A program made the translations under genes and the position numbers. A stretch of 64,000 nt of DNA. Source: Chloroflexota bacterium. Lineage in GTDB: Bacteria; Chloroflexota; Dormibacteria; Aeolococcales; Aeolococcaceae. Below the pieces are notes generated by a model, which searched no databases, was not told where the DNA came from, and worked only from the letters and a program-made list of their open reading frames with translations. Below are positions 39,514-48,912 of this stretch, piece by piece (within the stretch, counting starts at the first letter, position 1; every line of letters starts with the position of its first letter). The stretch covers positions 29,025 through 93,024 of the forward strand of contig VBIQ01000009.1 of assembly GCA_005880985.1 (NCBI GenBank). The letters run 5' to 3'.

Positions 39514-40497
39514 GTGCCGGTCAAGAGCTACATCGAGGCCATCCGCGAGGGCATGCGCGACGAGATGCGCCGCGACGAGCGGGTGATCGTCATGGGCGAG
39601 GACGTCGGCGTCAAGGGCGGCGTCTTCAAGGCGACCGACGGGCTGTTCACCGAGTTCGGTGAGATGCGCGTGATCGACACCCCGCTGGCGGAGTCGGCGA
39701 TCGTCGGCGTCGCCATCGGCGCCGCCATCAACGGCCTGCGTCCCATCGCCGAGATCCAGTTCCAGGACTTCATCATGCCCGCCGTCGACCAGATCGTCAG
39801 CGAGGCGGCGAAGATCCGCTATCGCAGCAACGGCGACTTCGGCGTCCCCATGGTAGTGCGCGCGCCGTACGGTGGCGGCGTGCACGGTGCCCTCTATCAC
39901 TCGCAGTCGATGGAAGCGATGTTCTGTCACATCCCCGGCCTCAAGGTGGTCGTGCCCAGCACGCCCTACGACGCCAAGGGACTGCTCCGCTCCGCCATCC
40001 GCGATCCCGACCCGGTGCTCTACTTCGAGCACAAGCGCGCCTATCGCCTGATCAAGGGAGAGGTTCCGGAGGAGGAGTTCACCGTCCCCCTCGGCCGGGC
40101 CGCCACGGTGCGTGAGGGCGACGACATCGCCATCTTCAGCTACGGCCTGATGACCCGCTTCTGCGTCGAAGCCGCCGACGCGATCGCCGCCGACGGATTC
40201 GACTGCGCGGTGGTCGACCTGCGCACGCTGCGCCCGCTCGACCTCGAGGCGATCGTGGGCGCCGCCCGCCGCTGCGGCAAGGTGCTGGTGGTGCAGGAGG
40301 CCAACCTGGCGGTCAGCGTCGCCTCCGAGGTCGCCGCCATCGTCGCCGAGGAGTGTTTCGAGTATCTGGACGCACCGGTGATGCGGCTCGGCGGCCCGGA
40401 GATCCCCGCTGTTCCCTTCTCGCCGCCGCTCGAGGAGTTCTACATGCTCAACCCGGCAAAGATCGAGACCCGGCTGCGCGAGCTGGCGGCCTACTGA
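39514..40497 (+). CDS. 2-oxoacid dehydrogenase E1 beta subunit
   Basis: 327 aa; 'VIVMGEDVG..GGVFK.T', 'DTPLAESAIVG'. Confidence 0.92.
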   Translation: MPVKSYIEAIREGMRDEMRRDERVIVMGEDVGVKGGVFKATDGLFTEFGEMRVIDTPLAESAIVGVAIGAAINGLRPIAEIQFQDFIMPAVDQIVSEAAKIRYRSNGDFGVPMVVRAPYGGGVHGALYHSQSMEAMFCHIPGLKVVVPSTPYDAKGLLRSAIRDPDPVLYFEHKRAYRLIKGEVPEEEFTVPLGRAATVREGDDIAIFSYGLMTRFCVEAADAIAADGFDCAVVDLRTLRPLDLEAIVGAARRCGKVLVVQEANLAVSVASEVAAIVAEECFEYLDAPVMRLGGPEIPAVPFSPPLEEFYMLNPAKIETRLRELAAY

Positions 40498-40498
40498 G

Positions 40499-41950
40499 AT
40501 GGCACTGACCGTCACCATGCCGCAGCTGGGGGAGAGCGTGACCGAGGGCACCCTCTCCCAGTGGCTGAAGCAACCGGGCGAGCCGGTCGACCGCTACGAG
40601 GCGATCGCCGAGGTGGTCACCGACAAGGTCAACGCCGAGATCCCCTCGCCGTCGGCGGGCCGGATGGGTGAGCACATGGTGGAGGAGGGCGCGGTCGTCG
40701 CCGTCGGCCAGCCGATCTGCACCATCGAGAGCGCGGACGGCGGCAACGGCACCGCCCAGCCCGAGGCGCGGGTCGAGGAGCCGGCGGCGGCCCAGGGCGC
40801 CCAGGGTGCGCAGGGTGCGCAGGGCACCCAAGGTGCGATCGACACCGGGGCCGGCGCCCCACCCTCGCAGCGCGCCGGGGCCGCTGCTCCGGGATCCGCG
40901 CCGCCACCACCGGAGGCGACACCTCCCGCCCCGCCGCGCGAGCCGGCCGCACCGGCACCGGCCGCGGCTGCTCCCGCGCCACCGGCACCCGCGCCACCGG
41001 CGCCCGCGGCACCGTCCCCCGGCGACGGCACGCACCTCACCCCGGCGGTGCGGATGCTGGCCCGCGAGCACGGCGTCGACCTCAGCCAGATCAGCGGCAG
41101 CGGTGTGGGGGGCCGGATCACCAAGAAGGACGTGCTCGAATACGTGCAGCGCCGCGAATCGGGCGCGGCACCAGCGCCGACAACCGCGGCGCCGGCGCCT
41201 CCTGCCACCAAGCCGTCCGCGGCCGCACCGGCACCCATCGAAGTGCTGACCGAGGACCGGCTGGTGCCGCTCAGCGGGGCTCGCCGCGCCATCGCCGAGC
41301 ACATGGTGCGCAGCCGCCACACCTCGCCACACGCCTGGGTGATGGTCGAGGTCGACATGACCCGCGTCGCCCGGGTGCGGGCAGCGCAGCGCGAGTCCTT
41401 CCGCGCTCGCACCGGTGCCGACCTCACCTTCTTGCCGTTCGTCGCCCAGGCGGTGGTCGCCGCTCTGCGCCGGCATCCGACGCTCAACGCGAGCTTCGGC
41501 GACGACGGCATCGTCCTCCGCCACGACGTCAACCTCGGCATCGCCACCGCCCTCGAGGACAACCTCATCGTCCCCGTCATCCACCAGGCCGACCGTCTCA
41601 GCCTCAGTGGGCTGGCGGTGGCCCTGCGCGACCTCACCGACCGCGCCCGCGCCGGCAGGCTGCGCATCGACGAGCTCCAGGGCGGCACCTTCACCCTCAA
41701 CAACGCCGGCGCCCTGGGCACGGTGCTCTCCCAGGCGATCATCAACCAGCCGCAGGCGGCCATCTGCGTCATGGACGCGATCGTCAAGCGCCCGATCGTC
41801 CTCGAGGGCGACGCCATCGCGGTGCGCTCGATGATGAATCTCTCGCTGTCCTTCGACCATCGCATCAACGACGGTCTGGGCGCCGCCCGCTTCCTGCGGA
41901 CGGTCAAAGAGCTCCTCGAGGGGATCGACGAGGCGGCCATCGCGCTCTGA
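40499..41950 (+). CDS. Dihydrolipoamide acyltransferase (E2) with one lipoyl domain, long P/A linker, PSBD and catalytic domain
   Basis: 'MPQLGESVTEGTL', 'VTDKVNAEIPS' (lipoyl-Lys), 'SLSFDHRINDG'. Confidence 0.93.
   Translation: MALTVTMPQLGESVTEGTLSQWLKQPGEPVDRYEAIAEVVTDKVNAEIPSPSAGRMGEHMVEEGAVVAVGQPICTIESADGGNGTAQPEARVEEPAAAQGAQGAQGAQGTQGAIDTGAGAPPSQRAGAAAPGSAPPPPEATPPAPPREPAAPAPAAAAPAPPAPAPPAPAAPSPGDGTHLTPAVRMLAREHGVDLSQISGSGVGGRITKKDVLEYVQRRESGAAPAPTTAAPAPPATKPSAAAPAPIEVLTEDRLVPLSGARRAIAEHMVRSRHTSPHAWVMVEVDMTRVARVRAAQRESFRARTGADLTFLPFVAQAVVAALRRHPTLNASFGDDGIVLRHDVNLGIATALEDNLIVPVIHQADRLSLSGLAVALRDLTDRARAGRLRIDELQGGTFTLNNAGALGTVLSQAIINQPQAAICVMDAIVKRPIVLEGDAIAVRSMMNLSLSFDHRINDGLGAARFLRTVKELLEGIDEAAIAL
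40790..40834 (+). repeat. In-frame 9-nt tandem repeat x5 encoding (AQG)4-TQG in the E2 linker
   Basis: gcccagggc gcccagggt gcgcagggt gcgcagggc acccaaggt, read directly. Confidence 0.8.
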
Positions 41951-41984
41951 CGCCGCCCGGCCCCATGCGCGCTCTGACGCCGCC
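41941..41984 (+). repeat. Tandem duplication of the E2 stop-codon region (17-nt perfect repeat cgcgctctgacgccgcc, period 27 nt)
   Basis: Copies at 41941-41957 and 41968-41984. A third, degenerate copy lies around 41991-42007. Confidence 0.7.
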
Positions 41985-42245
41985 GCCTCTGGCGTTCTGA
42001 CCGGCCCGCCGCCGCCCACCAGCCCGCGCCGCTACCCCGGCGTGACCAGCTTGTCAGACGGTCGTACGCCCGAGCCCCCGCGAGCACGCCACCCTAGGCG
42101 GCATGGCGCATCCCAAGTCCCCGGACGCGGCCACCTGGCATCCGGTGCGCGGCCTTCCCGACGACTGGCAGCCGGTGTGGCCGGATGAACCGCCGACCGT
42201 GTGGCAGCGACTCGCCGTCCTGCTGCGGCTGGCCCGCCGTCCCGC

Positions 42246-42851
42246 CTAGCCCCGACTGAGAGGCATCCGCCGCAGCGCGTCCCAGGAGTCGGTGGCCTCG
42301 ACCGCCGCGGTCCAGGCGATGCCGAGCCGCACCGGGATCGACGCTCCCTCGAGCTGCACCGGTTCCGAGCCGCTGCGCGACAGCTGATCGACCAGCGCGG
42401 CCGCAGCCGTCTCGTCCATCTCGCTGCTGATCACCGCCAGGACGGTCCCGCTGGCGCGCGCCACCAGGTCGCCAAGGCTGGTCGCGGCGCGCACCCGCGC
42501 GGCGACATCCTCGATCACCGCGTCGCCGGCGGCGAGCCCGTGGTCCTGGTTGATCCGGGCCAGGTCGCGGATCTCGATCACCACGGCGGTCAGCGGTTCG
42601 CGCCGGCGGCTGCGGGCGGCGAGCACCTGGTCGAGCGCCCGCCGGTTGGGGAGACCGGTCAGCGGATCGCTGAGCGCCTGCACCCGGTAGGTCTCGACCG
42701 CCTCCGCCAGGCGCCCGCGCAGCTCCAGGGTCGCCTCGCCACCCTGCATGCGCGCCACGATCGCCTCAAGAACCTCATCACGGAGGTCGATGAGCACCTC
42801 CGCCGGCAGACCCAGCCAGGCCGCGACCGCCGCATGGCGCGCGCTCGCCAT
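42246..42851 (-). CDS. Stand-alone degenerate GGDEF-domain protein (GGDEF replaced by 'SGTVL')
   Basis: 'DPLTGLPNRRAL', 'INQDHGLAAGDAVI', then 'VARASGTVLAV' where 'R.GGDEF.V' is expected. No RxxD I-site. Short C-terminus. Confidence 0.75.
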   Translation of the reverse strand: MASARHAAVAAWLGLPAEVLIDLRDEVLEAIVARMQGGEATLELRGRLAEAVETYRVQALSDPLTGLPNRRALDQVLAARSRRREPLTAVVIEIRDLARINQDHGLAAGDAVIEDVAARVRAATSLGDLVARASGTVLAVISSEMDETAAAALVDQLSRSGSEPVQLEGASIPVRLGIAWTAAVEATDSWDALRRMPLSRG

Positions 42852-42908
42852 CTGTCTCCCCTAGTCGATTGGGAAGACGATTGCACATCGGTACCGCGCG
42901 CCGGTGGC

Positions 42909-44549
42909 TCAGTCGGGAAGCATGTGCGGGTAGCGCCAGTCGACGGCCGGCACGAAGGTCTCCTTGATCACCCGCGCCGACGTCCAGCGCATCAGGTTCA
43001 GCGCCGACCCCGCCTTGTCGTTCGTGCCGCTGGCCCGGCCTCCGCCGAAGGGCTGCTGGCCCACCACCGCACCCGTCGGCTTGTCGTTGACGTAGATGTT
43101 GCCCGCAGCCTGGCGCAGCACCGACAGCGCCTGCGCTGTCGCGCCGCGATCGCGGGCGAACACCGCTCCCGTCAGCGCGTACGGTGAGGTGCTGTCCACC
43201 AGGTGGAGCGTCTGCTCCCACTCGCCATCCGGGTAGGGATACACCGTCAGGATGGGACCGAAGAGCTCGCGCTCCAGCAGCTCGTGGTGGGGGTCGTCGG
43301 TCTCGTACACCGTGGGACGCACGAACCACCCCTCGGTGGCATCGCATTCACCGCCGGCGACGAGGCGCAGCCGGGAATCGTCGCGCGCCGTGCCCAGCAC
43401 GCCCTCCAGGCGACGGTAGCTGCGCTCGTCGATCACCGCGCCCATGAAGGTGCCGAAATCGGCAGGATCTCCCACGCTCAGCGCCTCGGTCTCGGTGGCC
43501 AGCTGCTCGCGCAGGTCGCTCCACATCGAGCGCGGCACGTAGGCCCGCGAGGCGGCCGAGCACTTCTGCCCCTGGTATTCGAAGGCGCCGCGAAGCAAGC
43601 CGACCAGCAGCGCCTGCGGCTCCGCTGACGGGTGGGCGACGACGAAGTCCTTGCCGCCGGTCTCCCCGACCAGCCGCGGATAGGTCCGGTAGCGGTCGAT
43701 GTTGCCGGCGACGGTGCGCCAGAGATGGTGGAAGGTCGCGGTCGAGCCGGTGAAATGCAGCCCCGCCAGCGACGGATGGGTGAGCGCCACCTCCGAGAGC
43801 GCAGCACCGTCGCCGGTCACCAGGTTGATGACCCCCGGCGGCAGCCCGGCCTCCTCCAGCAGCTCGATCGTCAGCGCGGCCGCCAGCTGCTGGGTGGGCG
43901 ACGGCTTCCACACCACGGTGTTGCCCATCAGCGCCGGTGCGGTCGGCAGGTTGCCGGCGATGGCGGTGAAGTTGAACGGGGTGATGGCGACCACGAAGCC
44001 CTCGAGCGGTCGCAGGTCGCTGCGGTTCCACGCGCCGGCGGGGGAGACCGGTTGCTCCTCGAGCAGCCGCTGCGCGAAGTGGACGTTCCACCGCCAGTAG
44101 TCGATGAGTTCGCAGGCCGAGTCGATCTCGGCCTGGTGCACGCTTTTGCTCTGTCCGAGGATGGTGGCGGCGTTGAGTCGCTGCCGCCGGGGGCCGCTGA
44201 GCAGGTCCGCGGCGCGCAGCAGCACCGCCGCCCGCTCCTCGAAGGGCAGCGCTCCCCACGCCGGCGCCGCCGCCAGTGCGGCTCGCACCGCCGCCTCGAC
44301 GTCGGACGGCGTCGCCTGGCGCGCCTCGCCGAGCAGCAGGTCGTGCCGGTGGGGTGCGCGCACCGCGATCGCCTCGCCGGTGCCGTCGAGCACCTCGCCC
44401 CCGACCCGCATCGGCAGCGGTCGAGGCGCCGCCGACAGCTCGCGCAGTGCCGACCGCAGAGCGGCGCGTTCGGAGCTGTCCGGCGCATAGCTCTGCACCG
44501 GCTCGTTGCGCGGCGGCGGCAGGACGGTGGCGGTCACCGAGTCCACCAT
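42909..44549 (-). CDS. pruA: L-glutamate gamma-semialdehyde (1-pyrroline-5-carboxylate) dehydrogenase
   Basis: Start at 'MVDSVTATVLPPPRNEPV'. 'VVWKPS', 'FTGST', 'EYQGQKCSAASR', 'ELFGPIL'. The track extension to 45167 is antisense to lipA and was rejected. Confidence 0.9.
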   Translation of the reverse strand: MVDSVTATVLPPPRNEPVQSYAPDSSERAALRSALRELSAAPRPLPMRVGGEVLDGTGEAIAVRAPHRHDLLLGEARQATPSDVEAAVRAALAAAPAWGALPFEERAAVLLRAADLLSGPRRQRLNAATILGQSKSVHQAEIDSACELIDYWRWNVHFAQRLLEEQPVSPAGAWNRSDLRPLEGFVVAITPFNFTAIAGNLPTAPALMGNTVVWKPSPTQQLAAALTIELLEEAGLPPGVINLVTGDGAALSEVALTHPSLAGLHFTGSTATFHHLWRTVAGNIDRYRTYPRLVGETGGKDFVVAHPSAEPQALLVGLLRGAFEYQGQKCSAASRAYVPRSMWSDLREQLATETEALSVGDPADFGTFMGAVIDERSYRRLEGVLGTARDDSRLRLVAGGECDATEGWFVRPTVYETDDPHHELLERELFGPILTVYPYPDGEWEQTLHLVDSTSPYALTGAVFARDRGATAQALSVLRQAAGNIYVNDKPTGAVVGQQPFGGGRASGTNDKAGSALNLMRWTSARVIKETFVPAVDWRYPHMLPD

Positions 44550-44597
44550 ACTCGTGCACCAGCCTTCCGCCACCCCGGTGTAGAGTGGAATCGGTCC

Positions 44598-45554
44598 ATG
44601 CAGCCGATCCCGCTGACCCCCAGCCCATCCCCGCGGGCGCCGCGTGCACCCGACACCCGGCCGCTGCATCAGCGGCTGCTCCCCGATGGTGTCGAGCGTC
44701 GGCCGCCCTGGCTGACCGTCAAGCTCCCCGCCGGCGACGGCTACCAGCGGCTCCACGGCATCATGCGCGGCCTCCAGCTCAACACCGTGTGCGAGGAGGC
44801 GCGCTGCCCCAACATCGGTGAGTGCTGGGGTCGCGGCACCGCCACCTTCATGATCCTCGGCGACGTGTGCACCCGCGCCTGCGCCTTCTGCGCCGTCACC
44901 AGCGGCAAGCGCGGTGGCGACGTCGACTGGGACGAGCCCCGTCGTGTCGCCGAAGCGGTGCAGCGCATGGGCCTTCGCCATGCGGTGGTCACCTCCGTCG
45001 ATCGAGACGACCTCCCCGATTTCGGCGCCGGCATCTTCGCCGCCACCATCCGGGCGATCCGCGAGGCGCTGCCGGGATGCACGATCGAGGTGCTGACCCC
45101 CGACTTCAACGGCAGCGAGGACAGCCTGCAAACGGTGATCGCCGAGGTGCCGGACATCTTCAACCACAACGTCGAGACGGTGGGGCGTCTCTACCGCCGG
45201 GTGCGCCCCAAGGCCGATCTGCGACAGAGCTTGCGCCTGCTGCAGCGGGCCAAGCAGCTAGAGCCGCGCAGCCGGACCAAGTCGGGACTGATGCTCGGCC
45301 TGGGCGAAACGCTCGACGAGGTGCGCGAGCTGCTGCGCCTGATGCGCGAGCACGACGTCGAAGTTGTCACCATCGGCCAGTACCTGCGCCCCTCGCTCAA
45401 GCATCATCCGATCATTCGCTTTGTGAGTCCCGAGGAGTTCGCCGAGCTCGGCGACTACGGCCGCGCCCTCGGCTTCCAGCACGTCGAGTCGGGACCGCTG
45501 GTGCGCAGCAGCTACCACGCCGCCGAGCAGGCGGTGGCGGCGGTGGCGGGCTGA
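44598..45554 (+). CDS. lipA: Lipoyl synthase (radical SAM)
   Basis: 'CEEARCPNIGEC', radical-SAM 'CTRACAFC', 'VTSVDRDDL'. Confidence 0.95.
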   Translation: MQPIPLTPSPSPRAPRAPDTRPLHQRLLPDGVERRPPWLTVKLPAGDGYQRLHGIMRGLQLNTVCEEARCPNIGECWGRGTATFMILGDVCTRACAFCAVTSGKRGGDVDWDEPRRVAEAVQRMGLRHAVVTSVDRDDLPDFGAGIFAATIRAIREALPGCTIEVLTPDFNGSEDSLQTVIAEVPDIFNHNVETVGRLYRRVRPKADLRQSLRLLQRAKQLEPRSRTKSGLMLGLGETLDEVRELLRLMREHDVEVVTIGQYLRPSLKHHPIIRFVSPEEFAELGDYGRALGFQHVESGPLVRSSYHAAEQAVAAVAG

Positions 45555-45577
45555 TCCGCGTGCGCGCGCTGTCTCCG

Positions 45578-46480
45578 ATGCGGGCCGCGCCGGCGATGCC
45601 GCCTCTGCGTGTTGTTCCCCCGTTACCGCTGCTGGAGGCGCTCTGGCTGGGCACGGTCTCCTACCGGTCCGCCTGGGAGCTGCAGCGAAGCCTAGCTACT
45701 GCCCGCTGCCGCGGCGAGCTCGCTGACGACTGCGTTGTCCTGTTGGAGCATCCGCCGGTCTACACAGTGGGACGCACCGGCCTCGCCGAGCATGTTCCTG
45801 GCGGTCCCGACTCGCTGCGCGCCCTGGGGGCGGAGTACGTCGAGGTCGACCGCGGCGGCTCGGTCACCTTCCACGGGCCCGGCCAGCTCGTCGCCTACCC
45901 GGTGATCCGGCTTGCCGGCGCCTTCCCGGTCGCCGGCGCGCCGCAGCACGGCGACGTCGTCCGCTACCTGCGCGCCCTCGAGGCCGCCCTCTGCGCCCTG
46001 GCGGCCGACCTCGGGGTGGCCGCGGCGCCTCGCCCGCCCTACACCGGCGCCTGGGTGGGACGCGACAAGCTCGCCGCGATCGGCGTCAAGCTGAGCCACG
46101 GGGTGACCACCCACGGCCTGGCCCTCAACGTCACCACCGACCTGGCATGGTTCGACCCGATCGTGCCCTGCGGCATCAGCGACGGCGGGGTCACCTCGCT
46201 GGCGGCCCTGGGCGTCACCGGCGTCAGCCCGGAGAGCCTGGCTTCGGCGCTCACCGGGCACCTGGCAGCAGCGCTGGGGAGATCGGTTTCCCCGGCCGGC
46301 CAGGCCCTGCTCGATCTCGCGGCTGCCCTGCCGGAGCCGTCCCGGGTGGCGGCGCCTCTGGTGAACCCGCCGCAGCCACCCGGGACGGCTCTCGCAACCG
46401 GCTCGCCCGCCCCCGCGGCGGCCGTCGGACCGGCCTTCCTGGCCCCGTCGACCGGGTCTTCTGGCCCCAGTTCGACCTGA
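45578..46480 (+). CDS. lipB: Octanoyltransferase LipB with a ~70-aa Pro/Ala-rich C-terminal tail
   Basis: 'LLEHPPVYTVGR', 'RGGSVTFHGPGQLVAYP', 'KLAAIGVK', 'PCGI'. The start is ambiguous (GTG 45560 / ATG 45578 / ATG 45596). Confidence 0.88.
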   Translation: MRAAPAMPPLRVVPPLPLLEALWLGTVSYRSAWELQRSLATARCRGELADDCVVLLEHPPVYTVGRTGLAEHVPGGPDSLRALGAEYVEVDRGGSVTFHGPGQLVAYPVIRLAGAFPVAGAPQHGDVVRYLRALEAALCALAADLGVAAAPRPPYTGAWVGRDKLAAIGVKLSHGVTTHGLALNVTTDLAWFDPIVPCGISDGGVTSLAALGVTGVSPESLASALTGHLAAALGRSVSPAGQALLDLAAALPEPSRVAAPLVNPPQPPGTALATGSPAPAAAVGPAFLAPSTGSSGPSST

Positions 46481-46629
46481 CTGGAGGGATCGAGGAAAAT
46501 TTCCTAACCCTCTAGCCAGGAGCTTCTGATGTCTTTACCATCCTTGCTTGAAACCGTGCATACGTTCGATGCAACCTAGCACGCAACGGTCGGGGCACTG
46601 GCAAAGGGCCGCCCCCAAGGGAGCCATCG

Positions 46630-46956
46630 ATGGGAAAGATCGTCGGATATCGTTCGCTGAACCAGCTTTCCTGGGCCCCTGAGGAGGGTGGCGTCAGGAG
46701 CACGCGGAGGGCGCCGCTCTGCGAGCTCGACGGCCTCCTCAATCAGCTCGAGGACATCAACGTCCGCGGCTTCGCGGTCCCGGGTAGGGTGCGGGTCGCC
46801 CTGCAGCGGCATGGGATCACCATGAGCCCGCGGGACGGCGCCGCCGAGATGATCGAGGCGATCTTCGTGCTCCAGGAGCGCTACATGCTCCGGCCGGAGC
46901 AGAGCGCGCCAACCGGCCGCTCGGGCGACGACCTCCGCCGCCGCCTCGCCGTCTGA
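46630..46956 (+). CDS. Hypothetical protein
   Basis: 108 aa. SD-like gggag before the ATG. No family recognised. Confidence 0.4.
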   Translation: MGKIVGYRSLNQLSWAPEEGGVRSTRRAPLCELDGLLNQLEDINVRGFAVPGRVRVALQRHGITMSPRDGAAEMIEAIFVLQERYMLRPEQSAPTGRSGDDLRRRLAV

Positions 46957-47092
46957 CGCCCGACGCACCCTCGCGGCCCCACCTCCGCCGCAGCCGCGCG
47001 GCCTCGTCTGCGCCGCGACCTCGCGGCTACATCTGCGCGGCGGCCACGCGGCCCCATCTCTGGCGCCGTGGAGCGGCGCTAGGCTGACCTCC

Positions 47093-47782
47093 GTGGACGC
47101 CGTCGCCGCCAAGCGTGCCGCCGGAGAGGCAGCCGCGCGCTTGGTCGAGGACGGCATGACCGTCGGACTCGGCACCGGATCCACCGCGACCTGGTTTGTC
47201 GCCGCCGTCGGCGCCCGGGTTGCGGCGGGGCTGCGGGTGCGTGGCGTCGCCACCTCGGTCGCCACCGAGAAGCTCGCCGCCGAGCTCGGCATCGAGCTGA
47301 TCGTCCTCGGCGCCGAGGGACTCGACCTCGCGATCGACGGCGCCGACGCCGTCGATCCCGACCTGCGCCTGATCAAGGGAGCCGGAGGCGCGATGGTGCG
47401 CGAGAAGATCGTCGCCGCGGCTGCGCGCCGCTTCGTGGTGGTCGTCGACGACAGCAAGTTGTGCAGTCGCCTCGGTGGCATCGTCCCGGTGGAGATCATT
47501 CCCTTCGGCGCCGGCGCAACCCTGGCCGCTCTCGAGACACTGGGCACGCGTTTTGCCGTTCGTCATGGGATCGACGGCATTCCGCTGCTCAGCGACAACG
47601 GCCACCTGCTCGCCGACGGCGAGCTTCCGGTGATCGACGATCCGGAGGGCATGGCCGAGCGCCTCGCCGCGATCCCCGGCGTCGTCGGCCACGGGTTGTT
47701 CCTCGGCATGGCGGACCTGGTGATCGCCGGAGCCGCCGACGGCTCGGTCCGCGAGTTGCGAGCAACGCCGGCGCTCAGTTAG
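47093..47782 (+). CDS. rpiA: Ribose-5-phosphate isomerase A
   Basis: 'VGLGTGSTA', 'IDGADAVD', 'KGAGGAMVREK'. Confidence 0.92.
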   Translation: MDAVAAKRAAGEAAARLVEDGMTVGLGTGSTATWFVAAVGARVAAGLRVRGVATSVATEKLAAELGIELIVLGAEGLDLAIDGADAVDPDLRLIKGAGGAMVREKIVAAAARRFVVVVDDSKLCSRLGGIVPVEIIPFGAGATLAALETLGTRFAVRHGIDGIPLLSDNGHLLADGELPVIDDPEGMAERLAAIPGVVGHGLFLGMADLVIAGAADGSVRELRATPALS

Positions 47783-47877
47783 GGTCCCGACGCTCATTCC
47801 GCGGGCCGGCCTGGGACTTTCGCGTCGCGGCGCTGGGTGTCCCGCGGAGTGACCGGCCACCGAGGGAAACATCCGGC

Positions 47878-48912
47878 ATGAAGCTCGGCCTGATCAGCGG
47901 CTACTGGGGCGCCGGCCCGCCAAGCGGGGCCGAGGAGGAGATCGCGGAGGCCGAACGCCTCGGCTTCGACTCCATGTGGACCTCGGAGGCATACGGCTCC
48001 GATGCGTTCACGCCGCTGGCCTGGTGGGGATCGCGGACCAGCCGTCTGCGACTCGGAACCGCCATCGCCCAGATGTCGGCGCGCACCCCGGCGGCGACGG
48101 CGATGGCGGCGATCACCCTCGACCACCTCTCCGGCGGCCGCTTCATCCTCGGCCTCGGCGTGTCGGGACCGCAGGTGGTGGAGGGGTGGTACGGCCAACC
48201 GTTCCCCAAGCCCCTCGCGCGCACCCGCGAGTTCATCGCCATCGTGCGTGCCATCGTCGCGCGTGAGGGTCCGGTCAGCTTCGAGGGCGAGCACTACCGA
48301 CTGCCCTTCGCCGGCGGCGCCGGCCTGGGTAAGGCGCTGAAGTCGACGGTGCATCCGATCCGCGATCTCCCCATCTTTCTCGCCGCCGAGGGACCGAAGA
48401 ACGTGGCGCTCGCCGCCGAGATCGCCGACGGCTGGCTGCCCTTCTGGTTCTCGCCCAAGAGCGACGGCTACTACCGCGCCGCCCTCGCCGAGGGCTTCGG
48501 AAGGCCCGGTGCGCGCTGCGCCGCCAAAGAGTTCGAGGTGGTCTGCAGCGTCCCGGTGGTCATCGACGACGACGTCGAGCATGCGGCGGACCAGGTGCGT
48601 CCGCAGCTGGCGCTCTACGTCGGCGGCATGGGAGCGCGTGGCGCGAACTTCCATTACGACGTGATCGCGCGCCTCGGCTACGAGGCGGAGTGCGCGCGCA
48701 TCCAGGAGCTGTACCTGGCCGGCGATCGCGCCGGCGCCATGGCCGCGGTGCCGACCCAGCTGGTCGAGGACGTGGCGCTTATCGGGCCGCCGGCGAAGAT
48801 CCGCGACGAGCTGCCGGCGTGGCGCGACACGCTGATCGATGTGATGCTGATCCGCGGCTCGCCGCCGGTTCTGCGCACTATGGCGGAGCTGGTGCTGGGC
48901 AATCCACACTGA
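47878..48912 (+). CDS. LLM-class (luciferase-like) F420-dependent oxidoreductase
   Basis: Start at 'MKLGLISGYWG'. 'GFDSMWTSEAYGSDAF', 'LSGGRFILGLGVSGPQV'. The track extension from 47461 was rejected. Confidence 0.85.
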   Translation: MKLGLISGYWGAGPPSGAEEEIAEAERLGFDSMWTSEAYGSDAFTPLAWWGSRTSRLRLGTAIAQMSARTPAATAMAAITLDHLSGGRFILGLGVSGPQVVEGWYGQPFPKPLARTREFIAIVRAIVAREGPVSFEGEHYRLPFAGGAGLGKALKSTVHPIRDLPIFLAAEGPKNVALAAEIADGWLPFWFSPKSDGYYRAALAEGFGRPGARCAAKEFEVVCSVPVVIDDDVEHAADQVRPQLALYVGGMGARGANFHYDVIARLGYEAECARIQELYLAGDRAGAMAAVPTQLVEDVALIGPPAKIRDELPAWRDTLIDVMLIRGSPPVLRTMAELVLGNPH

